Shown: positions 24,702 to 32,771 of the stretch, one piece after another
Layout of the letters: each line of letters opens with the position of its first letter
Position numbering within the stretch: position 1 is the stretch's first letter
Assembly: GCA_003558065.1 (NCBI GenBank)
Contig: PWMU01000037.1
Coordinates: 19,473-83,472, forward strand
Direction of reading: 5' to 3'
Length of the DNA: 64,000 nt
Source: Opitutia bacterium
GTDB lineage: Bacteria > Verrucomicrobiota > Verrucomicrobiia > Opitutales > T3Sed10-336
Notes under the pieces: generated by a model
What the model was told of the DNA's origin: nothing
Databases searched by the model: none
The model's input: only the letters and a program-made list of their open reading frames with translations
Program-made: the position numbers and the translations under genes

Positions 24702-27700
24702 ATGGCCTCCGTTTGTCACCGACCTTTCGATCTCACCACTATGCACACTCCCGGCTTCAGGATCCGAATCGGCAACCAGACATCCTTTGCTTCAGGCAAC
24801 CTGCTGGACCCGTTCAAATTCGCCCTCGAACAGGGCTTCGACGCGTTTGAATGGTTTCCCGACAAGAAGGAGTCCGGCGAAGGGTGGGAAGTGAACGACA
24901 TCGACGATGAAATGAGATTCTGGATACGCCAGCGCGCCGAACGGCATAAGATCACCCTCACGGTTCACGCGCCCGCTTCCCTGAATTACCTCGATCCAGC
25001 CCAACCCGACCTTGTTGAAGAAACCCTGGAATTCGCCCGCGGGATCCGCGCCTCCCTCCTGAACCTTCATCTGCAATCCGAAGAAGGCATCGAACGCTGC
25101 CTCAAGGGGCTGGAACCGTGGATCCGCGGCACGGCGAAGCACGGACTTCAAATCGCCCTCGAAAACACTCCCATGACCCCTCCCGGGGACTTCAATGCTT
25201 TTTTCGAAACTCTGATTGCCCGCTCCGATTGGCCCACCGGGCACGTCGGCATGTGTTTCGACCTGGGACACGCCAACCTCTGTGCACGCACTCGGAACGA
25301 TTACCTCAAGTTCCTGGACCTCCTTGCCGCGGAAGTGCCGATCAAGCACTTGCACCTGCACGAAAACCACGGGGAAGGGGACCATCACCTCTGCCTCTTT
25401 ACCGGTCCCTCGCAATCGGATGAATCCGGGATCCGGGGTATGATCGAAAGACTGCGGGCACGGGAGTTCGACGGATGCGCTATCCTGGAGCAGTGGCCCG
25501 ACCCTCCTGAACTTCTGGCCGGAGCCCGGGACCGCCTGCGGGCTCTTTTTCCGGAACCGGCTTCCGGCGGCCAACGGGAATCTCCCGACGACACCGATAA
25601 GCCCTCCATCTCAAATTCGGAAGAACCCTTTCTGAATGCACTGATGGAAGCCCACCGCAATACCCGGAGCTGGAGGGAAAAGCTCCAACGGATCCACGCG
25701 TTTCTGACCGATCCGGATAATCCCCCCGACGCCGACGCGCTGGCCTACACGGCCGTCTACCTCGAGTGGATTCACACGGGACTCATCACCTGCGAAGAGG
25801 ACTCGCGCCACTTCCGCCCCCACCATCACGCGCAGATTGCGGGCGAAATTCACGAGTGCATCCGGAAACTCATGACGCAGGAGAACGCGCTGCCCATTCG
25901 CAGGATCTATCCGTCCCTTCCGTCGTTCCATCCCGACTTCCAGTGTGCCGAACCGCTGACCCGCATCCGGGACATCGCACACAGGAACGACCTTCCCAAA
26001 GAGCTCAAAGAGGAGATCAAGCACACCCTCCAGAACAAACTTCATCGCTGTGCGGGACCGGAAGACCTGAAAACCTCGGAAAAACTCCTGGGACGGATAT
26101 CGGGCTCCGATGCCGATTATCCCGAAACTTTCGTGGACGAGTTCCGACGCTTTCACGACGAACTCAAGGAGTTCTTCAACGCCCAGTCGCTCGACCTCCG
26201 TCTGGAAAGGCTCGCCGAATCATTCCCGGACAGCCGAATCGTCAAATCGATCCGCACCTTTCTACGGCGCAAATCAACATCCGAAGACCCGGGCGGAAGC
26301 AGGAATATCCCGGCCCTCTTGAAGGAGCTCACGCGCCTGCGCGCGACCCTGTCCCGCGAGGCCGATCGGCGCAATGACTCGGAATCCCAGGAATGCCGGA
26401 TGGCGGAAATAGCCCTTGAGGACTACGCCTTCGCCCTCTTGAGCGAATGGATCAATCAGTTCGAATCCAACTCCGAAGCGGAACACATGACCGCGCTCAC
26501 GGCCCTGTCTCTGACCCTCGAAAACCTGGAACTCGATCTCATCCTTCCCCGGGAATGCCGCGCAATCAGGGCCGAAAACGATGCGCTTCGGGACTGCACT
26601 GACCAGGATAATCCGGAATTCCCGATGCGCCTGGCAGCCAACATGCAGCGCGGGCAGCGCCTCTTTGAAACCTTCACCGATCACTCACTCGGTCACTTCA
26701 CCGACAAAGCCGAACGGCTTGCCCGGGCGTTGGAAATCCCCAAAGAGGAATTGATCCTTTTCGTGGAAGCAACCGTGCGCAGGCACTTGATCTTTCAGTA
26801 CTCCAAACTGGTCACCTCTTTGCTCGGATCCATTCGCAACGATGCCGATCTCCCCTCCTGGGAGACCCTGGTTTCCGGAAAGGCGACCGGTCGAGTGATC
26901 CGGACGCGGAGGCTGACCGACCTCCCCGCGACACTTCCGGAACCGACTCTGGCGCTGGTGGAAGCCGCGGACGGTGAAGAGATCATTCCGGACGGAGTTC
27001 GTGCCGTGATCCTCCGTCACGACGTCCCGCACCTGTCCCATCTCGGCGTCCGCGCGCGCCAGGCCCGAATCGTTTTTGTCGCCTGCTCCGAAACGGAAGA
27101 GTTCGACTCGCTGGCCGAGCAGGTCGGCCGGAAAGTGGAACTGGAGGCGACCCCCGAAAGCCTGGAGGCAAGGGCGGTGTCTTCTGCAGCGACATCGGAC
27201 GCCCCCGTTGCGAAGCGGAAGCTCTTCGAGCTTCCGAAGGTTTCTATGGAACCGGGCGACCGCGTGCTCCCGCTCAGCGGAATCACCTCCGAAACCGCTG
27301 GGCCGAAAGCGGATTCGCTCCGGCGGCTGGAGGAACTGGCCGTTTCGGGAAAAGCCGAGTTCCATACGCCGCCCGCCGCGGTGCTGCCGTTCGGAATCCT
27401 GAACGGCCTGCTTTCCGCGGGCGACAAGTCGTCTGGAGCGCCCGGCACCGACGCTGCGAGCGGAAAAATCCGAGAACGGATTGCCGCACTGTCGCTGCCG
27501 GAGTCCCTGGTTTCCGAAATGCGATCCGTGTTCGGCAGGAACCCGCGCCTTGTGGTTCGGTCAAGTTCGAATCTCGAAGACCTGGAAACCTTTGCGGCAG
27601 CCGGACTGTATGAATCCGTCGTAAACGTATCAATGCGATCGCTACGCGATGCCGTCCGAAGAGTCTGGGCTTCCCTTTGGAGCGAGCGTGCGGTCGCCGA

Positions 27701-28181
27701 GCGACGCCGTCTTCAGATTCCCGAGTCAGGGGCCCACATGGCGGTCATCCTGCAATTGATGGTGGAGGCCGACCTATCTTTTTTCATGCACACTGCGAGC
27801 CCGTTTTCGGAATCCTCCCGGGAAGGCTATGTGGAACTCGCGGCCGGAATGGGCGGGTCTCTGGCCTCGGCCGCCGAGGCCGGACGGCCGTATCGGGCGA
27901 TCTTGGACAAGCCCTCGGGAACAGGAAAAATCATCGCGTTCGCCAGCTTCAGTCACGCCCTTCGTCCCGGCAGGGACGGGGAGCTGACGGCGAAAACCCT
28001 GGACTATTCGCGGATCCCTTTTTCGCGGGACCCGGACTTTCGTCAAAGAATCCTCGACCGGCTCGCCACCCTTGCAGGCGCCGTGGAAAAGGCCTTTGGG
28101 CGCCCGCAGGACATCGAGGGAACGATCCGCAACGGCGAAATCTCACTCGTCCAATCCCGTCCCCAGCACGAAGCTCCATGA
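24702..28181 (+). CDS. Fusion protein: xylose-isomerase-like (AP_endonuc_2) TIM barrel plus a phosphoglucan, water dikinase (PWD/GWD3-type) homologue
   Basis: The N-terminal ~285 aa carry VHAP, ALEN, FDLGHANL, HLHLHENHGEGDHH and ILEQW (TIM-barrel metal-ligand pattern). Next come LTRIRDIAHRNDLPKELKEEIKHTLQNKLHRCAGPEDL and the phosphohistidine loop DGEEIIPDGVRAVILRHDVPHLSHLGVRARQARIVFVAC (His codon 27039-27041). A C-terminal PPDK_N-type domain follows (SSNLEDL...AGLYES...WASLWSERA...MAVILQ...DIEG). Confidence 0.85.
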   Translation: MASVCHRPFDLTTMHTPGFRIRIGNQTSFASGNLLDPFKFALEQGFDAFEWFPDKKESGEGWEVNDIDDEMRFWIRQRAERHKITLTVHAPASLNYLDPAQPDLVEETLEFARGIRASLLNLHLQSEEGIERCLKGLEPWIRGTAKHGLQIALENTPMTPPGDFNAFFETLIARSDWPTGHVGMCFDLGHANLCARTRNDYLKFLDLLAAEVPIKHLHLHENHGEGDHHLCLFTGPSQSDESGIRGMIERLRAREFDGCAILEQWPDPPELLAGARDRLRALFPEPASGGQRESPDDTDKPSISNSEEPFLNALMEAHRNTRSWREKLQRIHAFLTDPDNPPDADALAYTAVYLEWIHTGLITCEEDSRHFRPHHHAQIAGEIHECIRKLMTQENALPIRRIYPSLPSFHPDFQCAEPLTRIRDIAHRNDLPKELKEEIKHTLQNKLHRCAGPEDLKTSEKLLGRISGSDADYPETFVDEFRRFHDELKEFFNAQSLDLRLERLAESFPDSRIVKSIRTFLRRKSTSEDPGGSRNIPALLKELTRLRATLSREADRRNDSESQECRMAEIALEDYAFALLSEWINQFESNSEAEHMTALTALSLTLENLELDLILPRECRAIRAENDALRDCTDQDNPEFPMRLAANMQRGQRLFETFTDHSLGHFTDKAERLARALEIPKEELILFVEATVRRHLIFQYSKLVTSLLGSIRNDADLPSWETLVSGKATGRVIRTRRLTDLPATLPEPTLALVEAADGEEIIPDGVRAVILRHDVPHLSHLGVRARQARIVFVACSETEEFDSLAEQVGRKVELEATPESLEARAVSSAATSDAPVAKRKLFELPKVSMEPGDRVLPLSGITSETAGPKADSLRRLEELAVSGKAEFHTPPAAVLPFGILNGLLSAGDKSSGAPGTDAASGKIRERIAALSLPESLVSEMRSVFGRNPRLVVRSSSNLEDLETFAAAGLYESVVNVSMRSLRDAVRRVWASLWSERAVAERRRLQIPESGAHMAVILQLMVEADLSFFMHTASPFSESSREGYVELAAGMGGSLASAAEAGRPYRAILDKPSGTGKIIAFASFSHALRPGRDGELTAKTLDYSRIPFSRDPDFRQRILDRLATLAGAVEKAFGRPQDIEGTIRNGEISLVQSRPQHEAP

Positions 28182-29200
28182 ACGCCTCGCCGCACATCCT
28201 CGGGCTTTTTCAGAAGCGCCTGGCCGGCGATGACGCCCTTCTCGAACTGGCCCGGCTCCGCTTCGAGGAAGTCGCGATGGACCCGGATATACACGCCGGG
28301 TCTCCGGAGGATTTCCTGCATCAGCACTCCTTCCGCCCTGAAAACGCTTGCACCGTTGTCGTTCACTTTCCCAGGAACTGGAGCCTGCTCAATGCCGACG
28401 ATCACGAACAGATCCGCCGTATGGCCCGTTGTGCGGCAGGGAAAGCGCACGGGTTCGTTATCCATGATCTCAAGGAGATGGAGCGTGCGCCTGAATTAGT
28501 GGTTCGTCAACTCCGGAAACTCGCCGCACTACTCCGGGAGATACCGGAATCACCCGTGTTGTTCGTCGAATATGCGGTCGGCATCGACCCCGGGCGATTT
28601 GTGGAAACCCTTCAACGGGTGAAGGAGCACCGTGAAATCAGCGCCTGCATCGACATCGGCCACATCGGTATCCGGCAGGCGCGCCGGGCCTATGCCGAGC
28701 GATATCCGGGCGAAGATCCCTGTGCCCTCACTCCCGAATCGAGGGAACTTCCCGACCGAATCGATGCCCTCATCGATTCGGCTCGGATCGGTCTGCGGAG
28801 CACCGTCGAGGTCATCCGCGAGACCGCCGTATCCGGAAAACCCCTCCACTTTCATCTCCACGACGGTCACCCGCTGGCAAAGAGTTCCTACGGGGTTCCG
28901 GACCACCGTGGATTCCTTGAGCCCATCCCGATTCCTTTTGTCTGTAACGGCCGCCGCAGCCTCCCGCCCCTTTTTGGTCCGGCCGGGCTCCGAAAGATCG
29001 TCGACGCCGCCCGCACCCGCGCCGGCGCCGGATACCTTACGTTTACGTTCGAAATCCACGAAACCCACGGCCGCCTTCCCCTCGGAAACGCGGAGCCGCT
29101 TTTCGGCAATTGGAACGACACCGGAAACGCCGAACAAATGAATCACTGGCTTTCCAGTCTTCAGAATCACGCTGAACTTCTGCGAGCCGGGTGGGAGTAA
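28178..29200 (+). CDS. Stand-alone xylose-isomerase-like TIM-barrel protein (sugar-phosphate isomerase/epimerase superfamily)
   Basis: ATG at 28178 overlaps the stop of the preceding gene (ATGA). Motifs VVVHFP, FVEYA, CIDIGHIG, LHFHLHDGHP....VPDH and FTFEIH are present. The long ORF 27677..29200 is an upstream read-through in the same frame. Confidence 0.7.
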   Translation: MNASPHILGLFQKRLAGDDALLELARLRFEEVAMDPDIHAGSPEDFLHQHSFRPENACTVVVHFPRNWSLLNADDHEQIRRMARCAAGKAHGFVIHDLKEMERAPELVVRQLRKLAALLREIPESPVLFVEYAVGIDPGRFVETLQRVKEHREISACIDIGHIGIRQARRAYAERYPGEDPCALTPESRELPDRIDALIDSARIGLRSTVEVIRETAVSGKPLHFHLHDGHPLAKSSYGVPDHRGFLEPIPIPFVCNGRRSLPPLFGPAGLRKIVDAARTRAGAGYLTFTFEIHETHGRLPLGNAEPLFGNWNDTGNAEQMNHWLSSLQNHAELLRAGWE

Positions 29201-29348
29201 GGGCGGAACTCTTTAACCTGGAAAGACCGTCCAACATTGAAGGTTCAAAGCCGGACGTTGAGCGTTCTTCCCCAACTTCCGTCACTCACCCCCAACCGTT
29301 TTCCCGCATCCCCTGGATTCCCTGGCCCGCATTCCTTTACCCGGTTCA

Positions 29349-29376
29349 CACCGATCACCGATTACGGATCACGGAT
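29349..29376. repeat. Heptanucleotide tandem array caccgat|caccgat|tacggat|cacggat
   Basis: Four units with strict 7-nt periodicity. The unit CACGGAT is shared with the array at 14170-14218. It lies in the 243-nt gap before the debranching-enzyme gene. Confidence 0.7.
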
Positions 29377-29443
29377 AAGCAAAAACTTTTTTCATCCTCG
29401 TCTTACGAACGGGTTCGTGGCAAGTAGTACTTCAGCTAACACT

Positions 29444-31891
29444 ATGTCCGGAACACCTACTGAAATCACACACGCCTACTGGCTGGCACCTGGATTGGGG
29501 TGCGTATTTCTGCACAAGGACTGGAGCGAAGAAGGCCTGCCTCCCATTGTTCCCGCCTCGAACGGCCTGCGCCTGAAAAACCTGCGACCGGCTCCCGAAG
29601 ATTTTATCGGACGATTCTGCGGCTATTATCAACGTGGAGATGGAACCGTCGTTTTCTGCCAGGAAGCCGAGCGTCACCCGCAGACCGACTTCGAATGCAC
29701 ACCGGTACGGGTGGCCGGTTCGTTCAACGACTGGGGTCGGGACGGCACCGAAGACGATTGGATTCTCGAACCCCGGGAAACCGAGGACGGGCGCCTTCTC
29801 TGGGAACGGGCCGTTCCGCTCGAACGTTTGGGCGAGGAGGAAGCTCAATACCGCTTCGTCTCTTCGGAGTGGCATTGGCTCAGACCCCTGGACTGTGCGC
29901 CCAACCTGGTTTGTGACGATGCGGGGATCACCAACTACCACTTCAACGCCCGGCGCAGCCAGGACCACGCGTTCTTCTTCAACGTCGACGGGGGGCGGGG
30001 AATGGACGGCAAGCATTACCTGACGTGCCGTCGGCCCCAAGACCATCGTGACGTGCTGATTGTTCCGGGCCTCTCCTTTTACGATTTGTCCACCGACCTT
30101 CCTCTCGGGGCACGGATTGAACGAAAGAAAACCGTCTTCCGCGTATTCGCTCCGAGGGCACGCAAAGTATGGATTGAGCTGGTCGGGACCCCTGATGCCA
30201 AAACAGGGAAAAGGCATTCGATGAGTTTGCTCGACGACCAGCTCACCTGGGAAGTGCGGCTTTGGGGAAACCACCACGGCGGCTATTACTATCTGATTGT
30301 CGAAGGGGAAAACGACGGGATTACGACTGCATTCGAAGGCGACCGGCGCCTGCTCGATCCCTGGGCGCTCGCCACAGCGGGCCCTTACGGACCCGGAATC
30401 GTCGTTGACACCGGACGTCTTCCACGCCGCGAACCAGTCGCTTCGTTTCATCCGCCGCATCCACGGGACCTCGTTATCCTCGAAGGCCATGTGAGGGATC
30501 TGACCGCCCACGCCCCCATCGCCCTTCCGGACGAACAGCGGGATGGTTTCCGCGGACTTCAGAAATGGCTGGAAACCGACGGTAATTACGTTCAAGAGCT
30601 CGGCGTCAATGCCCTGGAGCTTCAGCCCGTTCACCAGTTCGACAGCGCGACACGGGAGGAATACCACTGGGGTTACATGGCAACCAACTTCTTTTCGCCC
30701 TGCTGCCATTATGCCGGAGATCCGGCCAAGGCTTCACAAATCGAAGAATTCCGGGATCTCGTCGCCGCCTGCCATCGTATGGGGTTGGCGGTAATCATCG
30801 ACGTCGTTTACAATCATGTCGGAGAGCCTCCGTTTCTCGCTTTCATCGACAAACAGTACTATTTTCACGTCGAGGACGACGGAGAGCTGACCAACTGGAG
30901 CGGCACGGGCAATACGCTCCGGGCGGAGTCCGCCATGTCCCGCCGCCTGATCATCGAGAGCCTGATTCATTTCATCGAAACCTACGACGTCGACGGCTTT
31001 CGCTTCGATCTCGCCGAACTGCTCTCGCTCGAGGCCCTCAAGGAGATCGAGGACGCTCTCAAATCAGTCAAGGAAACGATTATTCTCATCGCGGAGCCCT
31101 GGAGTTTCCGCGGAAACATCGCCTGGGAACTCCGGAACACGGGATTCTCATTCTGGAACGATGGGTTCCGTGAATTCGTGCCCTCCTATCTGCGGGGCGA
31201 AGGCGACGCCGGGGGACTCTCGTACTTCATGAAAGGCTGCCTTGACCACCTCTCGGCCTGGCCTTCCCAGAGCATCAATTACGTGGAGTCGCATGACGAC
31301 CGGTGCTGGATCGACAAGATCACCGAGAATCCGGAACACAACGGCTCGGATCCAACGGAAGCCGACATTCACCGCACCCACCTCCTGGTGGCGATCCTGA
31401 TGTGCTCGATCGGCACCCCTATGTTGTCGGCCGGGCAGGATTTTCTCCGATCAAAGGGCGGGCGCAACAACACCTACCTTGAAGGCGAAGTCAATGCGCT
31501 CGACTATGGAAGACTGGAACGATTCGCAGCGTCCCACTCCTATTTCAAACAGTGGATCGCATTCCGCAACTCCGATTGGGGCGCGTTATTGCGTCTTTCC
31601 GACCGCCCGTCCGACAACTACGTTCGCCTTTTTCCGGTCGACGGAGTTTCGGCCGCGGCCCTCATGTTCAACGCGGATCGCAGCCGGGGAAACGCTCAAC
31701 TGCTTTTCGGCATCAATCCGCATCCGGACCCGGTCACTGTGCCCCTCAACGATTTCGAGCCCGATCGCTGGCTGGAAGTCGCCGGCAGGGAGAGTTTCAA
31801 TTTCCACGGTCTGCGGAACGGGCGTCTCAAGAAAGGCGAATGCCGGCTCGAACTCGGACCGCTCGACTGCGGTCTCTGGATGAGGGAATAG
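29444..31891 (+). CDS. GH13 pullulanase-type (type I) debranching enzyme with N-terminal CBM48-like modules
   Basis: Contains VAGSFNDWG (AMPK-beta/CBM48-like), TVFRVFAPRARKVWIEL, ELGVNALELQPVH, HWGYMATNFF, VIIDVVYNHV, DGFRFDLAELL, IAEPWS and YVESHDD (GH13 regions I-IV). The start is probably ATG 29444 rather than TTG 29237. Confidence 0.85.
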   Translation: MSGTPTEITHAYWLAPGLGCVFLHKDWSEEGLPPIVPASNGLRLKNLRPAPEDFIGRFCGYYQRGDGTVVFCQEAERHPQTDFECTPVRVAGSFNDWGRDGTEDDWILEPRETEDGRLLWERAVPLERLGEEEAQYRFVSSEWHWLRPLDCAPNLVCDDAGITNYHFNARRSQDHAFFFNVDGGRGMDGKHYLTCRRPQDHRDVLIVPGLSFYDLSTDLPLGARIERKKTVFRVFAPRARKVWIELVGTPDAKTGKRHSMSLLDDQLTWEVRLWGNHHGGYYYLIVEGENDGITTAFEGDRRLLDPWALATAGPYGPGIVVDTGRLPRREPVASFHPPHPRDLVILEGHVRDLTAHAPIALPDEQRDGFRGLQKWLETDGNYVQELGVNALELQPVHQFDSATREEYHWGYMATNFFSPCCHYAGDPAKASQIEEFRDLVAACHRMGLAVIIDVVYNHVGEPPFLAFIDKQYYFHVEDDGELTNWSGTGNTLRAESAMSRRLIIESLIHFIETYDVDGFRFDLAELLSLEALKEIEDALKSVKETIILIAEPWSFRGNIAWELRNTGFSFWNDGFREFVPSYLRGEGDAGGLSYFMKGCLDHLSAWPSQSINYVESHDDRCWIDKITENPEHNGSDPTEADIHRTHLLVAILMCSIGTPMLSAGQDFLRSKGGRNNTYLEGEVNALDYGRLERFAASHSYFKQWIAFRNSDWGALLRLSDRPSDNYVRLFPVDGVSAAALMFNADRSRGNAQLLFGINPHPDPVTVPLNDFEPDRWLEVAGRESFNFHGLRNGRLKKGECRLELGPLDCGLWMRE

Positions 31892-32039
31892 GCGAATTCT
31901 TTCCAGGGGGTCCCGGCAAGCGGGACCTCACTGATTTTAACTATTTGAATGATCCTGTGGTTGCTCTGGTGGAGCGGCGGGCTGGAGACTGGCGGGTGAA
32001 AAGGCCGCACGGTACCGTAAAACTCCAGTCACTTTTTTT

Positions 32040-32771
32040 ATGCCGCAGTTCCGCCTTCACACATTTCGGCCCTTTCTTGTTTGCGCGGTTGCCGCGCTGG
32101 TTTCGCCGTTCGCTTCGGATTGTGCGGCGGAGAAATCCGCATCTCCGGTTCTTTTCGAAGACTTCGAGGAAGCGGACGATTCGGGTCTTTACGCGGCACT
32201 CACCGGCCATCGTTTGCTCGAAGCGGTCGAGGGCGCCGGAGTCGACGGCGGGACGGCGTTGCTGGCGGCGTATGAAGGCTACGATCAGGGGAGCCGGCGG
32301 ATTGTGCTGCAGTATCCCCTCGGCGAATCGGGAGCGGAGTTCACCTTGAATGAGTACGACGTTCGTTTCGACGAGGATTTCCAGGTTACGCGCGGGGGCA
32401 AACTCCATGGGCTCGCTCCGGAGAACCGGGTGACCGGCGGAAACCAGGTGGTGCCGGAGGGATGGAGCGCCCGCGTCAACTTTTCGGGCGATGGGGGCGT
32501 CCGGAGTTATCTGTATTCCCAACGGCGGGACGGGACCTATGGCAACTCGGTGGCGAACCCGGATTTCCGGTTCGAGAAAGGACGCTGTCACGCGGTTTCG
32601 CTCCACGTGAAACTCAAACAAGCTCCGCGTCGCATCGAATGTCACCCGTCGTTAAGAAACGGAATGAACGCCGGCGGTTGTTTGATCGGCCCGCGACAGC
32701 GATCGAGGGGCCCGCTTATTTTCCGGTCCGGGGGTCGAAGGCGTCGCGGAGGCCGTCGCCGAGAAAGTTGA
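32040..32771 (+). CDS. Secreted polysaccharide-lyase-like (PF14099-type) protein, 3' part apparently degenerate
   Basis: Signal peptide MPQFRLHTFRPFLVCAVAALVSPFASDCA. The core GGKLHGLAPENRVTGGN...EGWSARVNFSGDGGVRSYLYSQ...YGNS...FRFEKGRCHAVSLHVKL matches my recollection of that family. The last ~55 aa are Arg/Gly-rich junk overlapping dppC by 56 nt. Confidence 0.35.
   Translation: MPQFRLHTFRPFLVCAVAALVSPFASDCAAEKSASPVLFEDFEEADDSGLYAALTGHRLLEAVEGAGVDGGTALLAAYEGYDQGSRRIVLQYPLGESGAEFTLNEYDVRFDEDFQVTRGGKLHGLAPENRVTGGNQVVPEGWSARVNFSGDGGVRSYLYSQRRDGTYGNSVANPDFRFEKGRCHAVSLHVKLKQAPRRIECHPSLRNGMNAGGCLIGPRQRSRGPLIFRSGGRRRRGGRRRES

Noticed and set aside
27677-28177. N-terminal 167 aa of ORF 27677..29200
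   Set aside because: This part overlaps the C-terminal domain of the PWD-like gene in another frame and is R/G/P-rich. The genuine TIM-barrel gene starts at ATG 28178, coupled to the upstream stop.
31941-32645. 234-aa - strand ORF
   Set aside because: It competes with the + strand ORF, which has a signal peptide and a recognisable lyase-like core. The - strand product is Arg-rich without features.
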